Positions 30,911 to 41,404 of a DNA stretch of 64,000 nt are shown here, piece by piece. The position numbers and the translations under genes were made by a program. Below the pieces are notes generated by a model that saw only the letters and a program-made list of their open reading frames with translations, did no database searches and had not been told where the DNA came from. The stretch is from Eledone cirrhosa (Eukaryota): contig OZ024742.1 of NCBI GenBank assembly GCA_964016885.1, positions 19,158,001 through 19,222,000 on the forward strand, given 5' to 3'. How positions within the stretch are numbered: the first letter of the stretch is position 1; each line of letters begins with the position of its first letter.

Positions 30911-31933
30911 AGGGGTGGAGAGAGGGAGAGAAGGACAGACAGACAAAGCTATACAGAGATACAGAGAAAGAGGGAGAAATATAGACAGAGAAATATAGAC
31001 AGAGAAAGAGAGAGAGAGAGAGTTTTGACTTAATTTCCTGAATATTTTACATCTCCATTTTCTCATTGAAAACCGAAATTTTATCCGAGATTTTAACGTG
31101 ATTAGCGATTGCGTTGCAGATATAATTAAAGAAAGTCAACGTTGATAGTAATTGTCTGGGCAAGTGTCAAGTGGTGAGGCATGACAATCAATTAAGTGTT
31201 TAATATCTAAAGTGAGAAGTTGAAGAGAGAGGAGACTATAAACGACTGTGTGTGGTATTATATAATATATAGTGAAGGAGAGATTACAACACAACACTAG
31301 AATTACGTCTATTACCACAGACAGATACACATAATTTAGACTGCAGTTGTTTACAGTCAAACAGAATCAACCAATTGTTTCCTAATTTCAGTCAAGCTGA
31401 AATAGAAAACCTTCAAGCAGAATATGTATGGATGAGGTATGGGTAGTGGTGGTAGTAGTGGTGGTAGTGGTGGTGATGGGGGGTATTTAGTAACGTTCTA
31501 AGGAGCTGTAATGTAAACCTTGGCTACTAACTTGGTGAGGTATTTACTATTTAGACATATAGCTGATGTTAATGTGTGCATGAGCTGGTATACATATATA
31601 TAAACATAAAGAGCTCTTCACTTAACTACCCATGAAGTTGTAGGGGTACCATCATTAGACACGGTGTTGCGTATCACAAGCATTTTAAACCTGGAGGTGT
31701 CTATCCATGTCCAGGTCGGGCCACACCTGATTTCTTCCATAGGGAGAGAGAAGGTGGGGAATCAACATCAAATACTAACTAGACTGGTATTTTATTGATC
31801 GACTTCGAAAGGATAAAAGATAAAATTACCCTCAATGGCATTTGAACGCTGGGCGCTGTGAACCGGAACAGATAAGGCGTTTTAACTCGACGCCCTGTGG
31901 TATATTAAGTATTAAATGCTTAAATCGTAGTAT

Positions 31934-31985
<52 letters not shown>

Positions 31986-32097
31986 GCACAACTTATACAG
32001 TTTCATAAGACTATAGTGGTGGTATAGTTTCAATGAAACTATATGTAAGTTAAGGTAGTTTTAAAAAGTCAGCTGAACAGATTAAGAAGTTAGAAAT

Positions 32098-32275
32098 AAT
32101 TGTTTCTACTTTTAGCACAAGGCTAGCAAATTACCCAGTACATTACTGGTACTATATTTTATCGACCCCGTAAGGATGAAATGCAAAGTTAACCTCGGCG
32201 GGATTTGAACTCAGGGACGTAACTCTGTGCTGCAAAGCATGGTGTCCGACCCTCTACCGATACAGCCAATCCAAT
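32098..32275 (-). mobile_element. SINE family 1
   Basis: Reverse complement of the head and core. Confidence 0.8.
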
Positions 32276-33110
32276 CAGTAGCAAGAGATGAGGTCTGTCT
32301 GTGTGAACATGGGTGTGTCTATACATACAGAGAGATAGCTAGATGTATATACCTATAGAAAAAAAACAAGATTTAAGTATCAGTTGAAAACACTTGAGGC
32401 TTTATCAGTGGCTAATTTCTGGCTACATTACAGGGCACCCTACTGTTTCTCTACCCAGGGAATCTGCCATTGTATCTCATTTATTACACAGGATTATAAA
32501 TGCAACATGGCGGTAGGTTAAAAAGTTCGCAATCATTAGGGCCCTGGTTCGATCCCATTGCGTGGCATTTTGACCAAGTGTTATTTATCATGGCTTCTTT
32601 CTATTGCTCAAGAAGATATATATATTATGGATGGATGGTCCCGTAACTCCTGGGGAGTTTGTAAGGGCACCGTATTGACATACGACGTTTCTAGGGCCTT
32701 TTTAAAATCTGGCGGAGCTCACCCCTCTCCAGGTCTGAATACAGCACATTTCTTCCAGAGAAAGATAGAGAGTAAGAAAGGGATACATAGGAATAATCGG
32801 CTCCAGTACTAGACTGCTACGTTTTTATCAATCTGAAATGGATGAAAGGCAAAGTTGACCTCAGCGGGATTTAAATTCAGAGAGAAGAGACCTGGAACTT
32901 ATACCACACAGCATTCTATCCCATGTTCTAACGTCTTTACCAATTCACTGCCTACATGTATTTTATAACACAAAACGGAGCCTAACTCAGTTTATATTCA
33001 AACAAGTTGTATTCTGGTTACTTCCCTTTTATTCTCATTGAAAATATTCGTTGATATATTTTTATCGGGGATTTAACCAGTAAAAAGTTTGATTAAATTT
33101 CTTCAGTTTT

Positions 33111-33235
33111 GAGTTACTTGTTCCGAGTGATGGCACATGAGTTAGTTGCTCCGAGTGATGGCATATGAGTTAGGGGTCCCGAGTGATGGCACATGAGTTA
33201 GAGGTCCCGAATGATGGCACATGAGTTAGTGGTCC
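33111..33235. repeat. 28-bp tandem repeat, about 4.5 copies
   Basis: GAGTTAGNNGNNCCGAGTGATGGCACAT. Confidence 0.85.
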
Positions 33236-33398
33236 TTGGCTCACGACTGTATGGTCATGAGTTCGATTCACAGCGGGGATTAAGTTTATATGGCTGAACT
33301 AGTTAACTTGCTCTAAGTACCTCATGTTCGTGTGGGAATCTCCGGAACAGCAGGACATTGAATCAGCCTTAATAATCATATACGTGTGCGTGTGTATG

Positions 33399-33434
<36 letters not shown>

Positions 33435-33436
33435 TT

Positions 33437-33980
33437 TTGAGTATATGTTGGTTGTATACCAACACCTCAGTATGAAGATTGGAGCACTCAACGAAGTGCG
33501 CAGGTTGGGTTGGTTACTCCGGAGTAATATAAAATAAAGTAAAATAAATAAGTCAAATGTTTAAAATTTAGCTTCGTTTATTACTGCTATATATATTTCG
33601 GTGACAGCCATCTTTGGATGTGACCTCTTCAGGCAGTCCGAATTAGTGTGGTATAGACAATTACATATGTTGTTGAGGTGTATAATTTTGTCAATACTCT
33701 GATATGCCCAGTTCCTGGTTGGGTTGTTATTTCACTGAGGAAATGGAATCATATGATTTCAGTTCCCCAGTGAATTAACAACCCAACCAGGAACTGGGCA
33801 TATCAGAGTATTGACAAAATTATACACCTCAACAACATATGTACTTGTCTATACCACACTAATTCGGACTGCCTGAAGAGGTCACAGCCAAAGATGGCTG
33901 TCACCGAAATATATATAGCAGTAATAAACGAAGCTAAATTTTAAACATTTGACTTATTTATTTTACTTTATTTTATATAT
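33437..33980. mobile_element. fold-back element with ~225-bp arms and opposed hammerheads
   Basis: Inverted repeat 33527-33979 centred near 33752, with an extra 90-bp tail on the left. Confidence 0.85.
33868..33922 (+). ncRNA. type I hammerhead ribozyme (mirror copy at 33583-33637, -)
   Basis: ACTGC-CTGAAGA-GGT.ACAGCCA(AAGA)TGGCTGT.ACC-GAAA-TATATA-TA-GCAGT. Confidence 0.85.
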
Positions 33981-34176
33981 ATATATAGTTGTTATATAGT
34001 AAGGTGTATTATTGGTTGTGTCATACGGTCCAATAAACTTTTGTTAGCAATATTAAGTTCTCCACGCTTTTGTATATCTCCAATTCCATTTATGGGAACA
34101 GCTAGATGATGTAAAACGGAGTATTTGTATCAAAATAAAGATCCGAAGGCATGGTATAAATTTCCAATCATTTTAA

Positions 34177-34250
34177 TCACGACACATGTTTCAATAAGAG
34201 ATAGATCGATCGTGCGGCCATGATCGATTATCACTGATGTCGTCAGGTGA
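34177..34250 (-). ncRNA. type I hammerhead ribozyme with long stem II
   Basis: TCAC-CTGACGA-..GATA.ATCGATC(loop)GATCGAT.TATC..-GAAA-CATGTG-TC-GTGA, with a GUC triplet. Confidence 0.7.
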
Positions 34251-34384
34251 AAATGAATTGTCTTCAAATACTTGATATGAGGGAGAAAATTTAACGATGT
34301 TCACTCACTAGAGTTTTGTCCTCCATATGAAGATTAAGCAGCCAAAACACGCCGACTGCTATCGTCCTCAGTTAGGGTCATAAA

Positions 34385-35151
34385 ACTTTTATCAGCTTTT
34401 TAGGGGTTTTTTGAGGCGTTACGCCTAGCCGATTTTCACGAAATTTCAAGGCATATTATGCACATAACAAAAATTCATTTGCTTGATCCCCTAGGGATGA
34501 CACAACAAATAATACACCTTACTATATAACCACGGGATAAGGTATTTTGGAACGCGGGCCGCCAACAGACATAATCGTGGAAAAACTGCATGCCCGGAAA
34601 ATATGTAAAGAAAATAAACCGAATACTCTGATGGCTGGATAATCTTTAAGATTTTCCTCGATGAAACAGGAAAAATTCAGGTTTTCACCTAATGCGGGCC
34701 CTAGGGGATCAAGAAAATGAATTTTTTTATGTGCATAATATGCCTTGAAATTTGGGGAAAATCGGCTAGACGTAACGCCTCTAAAAAGCCCTAAAGAGCT
34801 GAAAAAATGAAGTTGTTCACCTAATGCGGGCCCTAGGCCATAAAAAAGTTGAATTTTCTTTGCTGACGATCTGAAGAAGAGACTGACTAATACATAGTTA
34901 CAATTTCAAGGAAATCGGTCTGACGTAACGCCTCAAAAACCCCTAAAAAGCTGAAATGATGCAGATTTTCACCTAATGCAGTCCCTAGCGGATCAAAAAG
35001 TTGAATTCTTTTATGTGCCTAACACTCCCTGAAACATAAGTAATACATATGTAAAGTTTGAAAATAATCGGTTGGGTACTTCTCGAGATTTACGGATTCA
35101 AACACACACACACCCACACAGACACACACCCTCAGTTTTATATATATAGAT
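34385..35151 (-). mobile_element. Helitron-like non-autonomous element with internal tandem repeats
   Basis: Minus strand begins A|TCTATATATATAAAACTGAGGGTGTG (TC 5' terminus pattern). Repeated blocks TTCACCTAATGCGGGCCCTAG / CGTAACGCCTC. No 3' CTAG terminus found. Confidence 0.45.
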
Positions 35152-35594
35152 TACATTCAAAGTTATATATGTCATAGTTGAGATAATCTCGAACATGTGT
35201 CTTGTCTCCAAAAATAATCTCGTAGAAAAAATTCAAGGAATAAATCCGAGCATTTAATCATTTCAAAATAGTGAATGACATATATACAAATAAATATCTA
35301 ATAGAAAATAGCACACTTTAACAAGAGACAATTTGTATAGAATTTAAGAACATATAGTTCGTTACAGTATCATATTAAAATTCAACATTTAAAACAGATA
35401 AAAATCATATATATCTCCCTCATATGTATTCTTCACAAATCATCAATACATTTCACCAAATATTAAGCTTAATATGTCCTATTATACATTTATATCATTA
35501 GATATTTGTATGTGCATCTATGGTATTCACTATTTTATATATAAGAATTAGCCGTCGAAACGGCTTGAGCTCAGCCGTCGGGGTCTTACCTGTT

Positions 35595-35649
<55 letters not shown>

Positions 35650-35814
35650 CAATATCCGTAGTTGTGGAAAATAAAAACAGTGTTCAATCGGGAAGTGAGC
35701 GGTAATTTATACACGGATCAAAAGCATTACCTAAGGATATATGCTCAATATTGGGCCTTGAAACCTTATGTAGCGCTTTTGTTCCGTGTATGAACATAAA
35801 TATTATAACACACG

Positions 35815-35915
<101 letters not shown>

Positions 35916-35970
35916 GTGAGGTTTTTTTTACAAAATGAAAAATAACCGAGGTGTCCTACACGAGTGAAAG

Positions 35971-36156
35971 TATAAAGAAAAAGAGATGAAATCGAAAATG
36001 CAACTGGTGTCTTATTTTTTTAAAAATATATATATTTATTTGGTTCCTTTACCGGTTTCGCAGTTCTTCTGCTTTTCAAAAGGTGAGTTGAGATGGAGGG
36101 TCTGTGGTTTTAAAAAAAATAAGACTCCAGTTGCATTTTCGATTTCATCTCTTTTT

Positions 36157-36162
<6 letters not shown>
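35971..36162 (-). mobile_element. short element with inverted ends and a decayed hammerhead (36046-36083); second copy at 52255-52390 (+)
   Basis: CCTT-TTGAAAA-GCAG(AAGAA)CTGC-GAAA-CCGG-TA-AAGG. Inverted arms AAAGAGATGAAATCGAAAATGCAACTGG. Confidence 0.6.
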
Positions 36163-36190
<28 letters not shown>

Positions 36191-37271
36191 AGGCAGTAAA
36201 AACCAGTTAGACTATTACTCACCAGAGTACTCGATACTTGGGGTAGTAGAGTGGATAATATGAAAAAACTCAGGACCCCGACAGCTCAGCTCCGGCCGTT
36301 TCAACAGCTAGATCCGAACTGTTCGGATCTAGCTGTTGAAACGACAGGAGCTCACCTGTTGGGGTCCTGAATTTTTTCATATATATATATAACAACATAC
36401 TGTACCGTCAGATTCCCCTTGTGATCTCTAGCACTGTATGTTGTATAATTAATCTAACAAATATATATTAGTTATGTTATCATGAAATAGACGTCAATCC
36501 AGCAATGTACGTTTTTTGCATATTTTCCTTTTAAAGTTTCTAGCTGTGAGCTGTCTAATTATCTGGCTAGACAACAATCTCTCTATCTCAACGTTCAACT
36601 ATTTCCCTTCATATATTTACATATTCCTTACTTAGACTCTTCTTTTGTTCTCTAACAAGTCGTATTTAATTCCTTATTAATGATGATGCTATGACAAAAA
36701 GCTGTATGTCCATAGCTATCTTCTAATAATCATTCTAACTTTGTACATTCAAATCACTATCTTTTATTTACAACAATGTTTTCATTTTCCATAACAATGA
36801 CTTCGCTCTCTTTATTAGAAAGCTGTGGTATTCTTGCAACAACAGATATATCTTTCTTGGCAGAATAATTATAGACTTGTCTAGATATTTATATAAATCT
36901 CTCGTCCACTGCTACCGGGGCTTCCGTTATCTTTCACCTCAGTAGATAAAGGATTATTTAATATATATATATATATATATGGTTGGATTTAGACATTGAG
37001 GGGCCCCTCATACACAGAAAACCCCTCAATTTTGCATATCAAAGTTGGCTTTGCGCAAGTAAGTGGAATTGAAAAGTTATACATACAGGTATTAAATAAA
37101 ATAAAAATTCTAACTATCCTAAAACTAAAAACCTCAGCTGAGGGAACAAATAAGTTGCTACGGCAGTCGCTGGTGGGGCCCCCACTGCAGTGGGGCCGTG
37201 GCTACTTCCCTTTTCTCCTCATTAAATCTGTTCCTCTATGTGTGTGTATATATATATATATATAGATATAG

Positions 37272-37456
37272 AAGAGCTTCTTCAGGACTAGAACTGTTTC
37301 ATTCGTGAGAAATCATCAGGAGCTTCCTGATGATTTCTCACGAATGAAACAGTTCTAGTCCCGTAGAAGCTCTTCTATATTAAAACTGTTATACTCTGCT
37401 ATGTATTGAGTACCTTACTTACTTTAGTTACCTCTGATTCAACACGGAATAAGTTA
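37272..37456 (+). mobile_element. fold-back element with hammerhead at 37322-37370
   Basis: GCTTC-CTGATGA-TTTC(TCAC)GAAT-GAAA-CAG..CCG-TA-GAAGC, preceded by an inverted 50-bp copy. Confidence 0.75.
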
Positions 37457-37465
37457 TATATATAT

Positions 37466-37576
<111 letters not shown>

Positions 37577-37754
37577 CAGATTAAAGTTTAAGCAAACAAT
37601 CGCTGCTTTCACCCTTAACGGGATCTTCTGAAACTAAAAAAGTCAAACTGTGAACGAAGAAGTAAATATTTCAAAAAACGTTGCAACCGGAGGAAGAGAG
37701 GAAGACGATATTTTGGTTCGTGGAAACGTTCCTTATTATTATTCTCTCTCTGAG

Positions 37755-37948
37755 GGCGGTGGATTGGCAGTATCGGTAGAGGGCCTGACTCCATGCTTTG
37801 ACGCATAGAGTTACGTCCCTTGCCATTCTGAGTTCAAATCCCGCCAAGGTTAACTTTGCCTTTCATCCTTACGGGGTCGATAAAATAAAGTACCAGTAAT
37901 GCACTGGGTAATTGCTGGTCTTGTGCCTAAAGTAGAAACAATTATTAT
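37755..37948 (+). mobile_element. SINE family 1
   Basis: Full head, B box and core; ends GTAGAAACAATTATTA. Confidence 0.85.
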
Positions 37949-37965
37949 TCTCTCTCTATATATAT

Positions 37966-39077
37966 ATAAGTATGTACACGTACATACATATATGTATATA
38001 GACGTACAGTAGTATGCATACATATATATACATACATGCACACATATATATATGTACGTACGGATTCACCGAACATTTATTATAATGCTCGGTGTGTTTG
38101 TAAACAAACATCCCGTATTAAGCCGTAGTGTCCAGCAACCATCGTTGCTCGTTTGTTCAACACTGACAAAGGAACGCTGTACTAGTTTCAAGCTTATTAG
38201 ATATCGTCAGCAACGTATACCTTCCTGCCAGATTGTTGAACGTATATACTTACCTTACGCATATTAACGGCTGAGTAGCCCAATTTGCATATCGAGTGGG
38301 TTAATCGGCCGGCTGCACCGAAAACGATAAACGGAAAAAATGAAACGAAATTTCATTTCCCACTCTTAGTACGGCTGTTACTTAAATATAAGTATGTACA
38401 CGTACATACATATATGTATACAGACGTACAGTAGTATGCATACATATATATACATACATGCACACATATATATATATATGTACGTATGGATTCACCGAAC
38501 ATTTATTATGATGCTCGGTGTGTTTGTAAACAAACATCCCGTATTAAGCCGTAGTGTCCAGCAACCATTGTTGCTCGTTTGTTCAAAACTGACAAAGGAA
38601 CGCTGTACTAGTTTCAAGCTTATTAGCTATCGTCAGCAACGTATACCTTCCTGCCAGATTGTTGAACGTATATACTTACCTTATGCATATTAACGGCTGA
38701 ATAGCCCAATTTGTATATCGAGTGGGTTAATCGGCCGGGTGCACCGAAAACGATAAACGGAAAAAATGAAACGAAATTTCATTCCCACTAATAAGCTTGA
38801 AACTAGTACAGGGTTCCTTTGTAAGTGTTGAACAAACGAGCAACAATGGTTGCTGGACACTACGGCTTAATACGGGATGTTTGTTTACAAATACACCGAG
38901 CATTATAATAAATGTTCGGTGAATCCATACGTACATATATATGTGTGTGCATGTATGTATATATATGTATGCATACTACTGTACGTCTGTATACATATAT
39001 GTATGTACGTGTACATACATATATTTAAGTAACAGCCGTACTAAGAGTGGGAAATGAAATTTCGTTTCATTTTTTCC

Positions 39078-39081
<4 letters not shown>
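37966..39081. repeat. two direct ~420-bp copies plus an inverted partial copy of an interspersed repeat (fragment also at 17735-17812)
   Basis: The ORF track shows the same sequence at 38052 (+), 38394 (+) and 38727 (-). Inversion junction near 38790. Confidence 0.85.
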
Positions 39082-39135
<54 letters not shown>

Positions 39136-39347
39136 AAATTTCGCTCTATATGGCTGAATACAATAAATGTAATATGAGTTTTTTGAACTGCAGTTCTGTT
39201 CGCATGCCAACACAAGAGCAAGAATGAAGTGTTCATTCTACTAACATGGCTATAAAATTGAGGCTTGTTTGCATAATAGCAAACCAATTGAATTTTATTA
39301 TTAATATTCGAAAACTCAGATTACATTTATATATATATATATATATA

Positions 39348-39775
39348 TGCAAAGTTTTATTTAAATTGTTGGGTTAACAACGAGTAAATATTTATAACTG
39401 ATATAAAAGCACTCAACAAGTATTTGGAGTATATTTACGATATTAAATAAATGGAAACTATATTTATAAAACCATATTTATTTCATTATATATATTTCAG
39501 GGATATCATATTAAAAATATGTTATGCCTTCTTCAGACAAAATACAATATAAACAGTCTTATAAATAGATAGATTCGACATACCTTTCAACTTCGACTTC
39601 AACTTTTCAAATAGAAGTCGAAGTTGAAAGGTATGTCGAATCTATCTATTTATAAGACTGTTTATATTGTATTTTGTCTGAAGAAGGCATAACATATTTT
39701 TAATATGATATCCCTGAAATATATATAATGAAATAAATATGGTTTTATAAATATAGTTTCCATTTATTTAATATC

Positions 39776-39778
<3 letters not shown>
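39348..39778. mobile_element. fold-back element of the 8741-9012 family with opposed hammerheads (+ copy 39671-39734)
   Basis: Inverted arms centred near 39605, containing CTGAAGA..GAAA-TATATA-TA-ATGAAAT. Confidence 0.8.
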
Positions 39779-39849
<71 letters not shown>

Positions 39850-39853
39850 ATAT

Positions 39854-39902
39854 GCTTCCTGATGATTTCTCAGGAATGAAACAGTTCTAGTCCTGTAGAA
39901 GC
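39854..39902 (+). ncRNA. type I hammerhead ribozyme with full stem III
   Basis: GCTTC-CTGATGA-TTTC(TCAG)GAAT-GAAA-CAG(TTCTAGTC)CTG-TA-GAAGC, with a GUA triplet. Same family as 37322. Confidence 0.75.
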
Positions 39903-40094
39903 TTTTCTATATTAAATATTTATACTCTGCTTTGTATTGATTACCTTACTTACTGTGGTTATCCCCGATTGAACCCGGGATAAACTTATATATATATATA
40001 TGTGTATGTAAAAGGTAAACAGAAATAACAACACAATCGGTACAGTATATGGAAGGTATATATTAGGTTAACGCTTGATATCGCAGGAGGAGGG

Positions 40095-40130
40095 TCTTAA
40101 CGTTTCGGACGCTAATCCTTCATCAGAAGA
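40095..40130 (-). ncRNA. minimal type I hammerhead ribozyme
   Basis: TCTT-CTGATGA-A-GGA(TTAGCG)TCC-GAAA-CG-TT-AAGA: stem I TCTT/AAGA, palindromic minimal stem III AACGTT. Confidence 0.75.
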
Positions 40131-40573
40131 AAGAATGAGAAATAAAATAGATTGAGGGGACGGGCGGGATGGAATTGGAAAAAATGTCTTTAGATAAAAA
40201 TAACAGGTCCATTCATGTTGACATCTCTTGCAAAACTGTTGGTGCTGGCATTTTGTGTATGATTTGTTTTTTTATAAAAGTGGATGATGGAGCGCGTCTA
40301 CCTAAAATGGAAAAAAAAACGTTTTGTAAAAAGAGTTATACTTGAGCACGTGCGTAAGCATTGTGTGTGTGTGGGGGGGGGGCTTATAGGTCCGTACGAA
40401 GCGAAGAAGAAGTGTGTGTGTATGTGAGTAAAAGAGCGTGTGTGCATGTAAGTACGAAGCTATGAGCAAAAGTATGTTAATATAAGGGTGTGTATCGGCA
40501 TTAGTTGTAAGAGAAGCTGCTAATGATCAAGAGAAAGCGATAGGAATCTAGGGTTGTGATAATGGACGGGGTA

Positions 40574-40852
40574 TTAGAGAAATTGGGGAGGTGAGTTGAG
40601 TCCAAGAGGGGAATAGGACCCAAGGCGGTGAATCACACTTTGTTCAGTCCTGGTGCGCGAGGCATGTGATCCATAATGTAAAAGGACACCCAGGATTGAA
40701 ACATGTAGGGAAGAATGACCAGGAAAACAGAAATGACGGGCGACAGGAGTAGCCAAACCGAGTCTGATGTCCCTCAAATGTTGGGCGAAACAGTCCGCCA
40801 TACAGCGTCTCGTTTGTCCGATATATATAGACCCGCAAATGGAACACCGGAG
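40574..40852 (-). pseudogene. GIY-YIG endonuclease C-terminal fragment
   Basis: LRCSICGSIYIGQTRRCMADCFAQHLRDIRLGLATPVARHF..GH..RTRTEQSVIHRLGSYSPLGLN: CxxC-YIGQT, PVA.HF and E...I..L....P.GLN are Penelope hallmarks. Confidence 0.9.
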
Positions 40853-41023
40853 GGCATTTAGCTTTGCCTTTCACCCTTATGGGGTCGATAAAATAAAGTA
40901 TTAGTAACGCACTGCGGTCGATATAATCGATTTTCCCCTCCCCCAAAATGGTTGGCCTCGTGTTTATAGTAGAAATCATTATTTATTTGTTATCTTTAAA
41001 ATTGTTTGTGTTGTATTTTTCAG

Positions 41024-41126
41024 GTATGACACGTGTGAATTAAACCTCCACCGAAGTGCTCTAAATACTTGTGTAGTGAAAGGTTTACCAAATGTAAAGA
41101 AATATATTAATCGAAAACACAAATAA
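41024..41126 (+). CDS. KLHL10: KLHL10-like, last coding exon
   Basis: tttttcAG acceptor. The first G completes the split TG|G Trp codon, then YDTCELNLHRSALNTCVVKGLPNVKKYINRKHK* (TAA 41124-41126), matching the WYD..M...RSAL..CVV.GL.NV C-terminus of KLHL10. Confidence 0.88.
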
Positions 41127-41398
41127 TCAGCAATTTCGAAATTTATTCAACACATTTTTCATTTTTCATATAGAAAACTTTTATTCTGAAGAATCCAGAG
41201 TTTATTTTTTGTTTGTTTAATTTTTCTAGCTTCAGCTAAGCGATAAACGGTTTACATTGTAATTCTGTCAAATATAATTATTGTACTTAGATCCCCTGTT
41301 CAGCTAAAGTGATTCGTTCTCGAGTCGAGTTTATAACATCTATAGCATTGAACTGTTAGTGTTTAAAGAGCTCTGACAGATTGATTATTGCTGTCTAT

Positions 41399-41404
41399 AA
41401 TAAA
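41399..41404 (+). promoter_or_regulatory. candidate polyadenylation signal of the KLHL10-like gene
   Basis: AATAAA about 270 nt after the stop; a second one lies at 41535-41540. The context is AT-rich, so this is weak. Confidence 0.35.

Larger units (their letters stand above)
40010..40852 (-). mobile_element. Penelope-like element 3' fragment (GIY-YIG endonuclease end plus pseudo-LTR with hammerhead)
   Basis: GIY-YIG coding remnant, followed by a C/A-rich 3' region and a hammerhead at 40095-40130. Ends in (TA)n. Confidence 0.85.
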
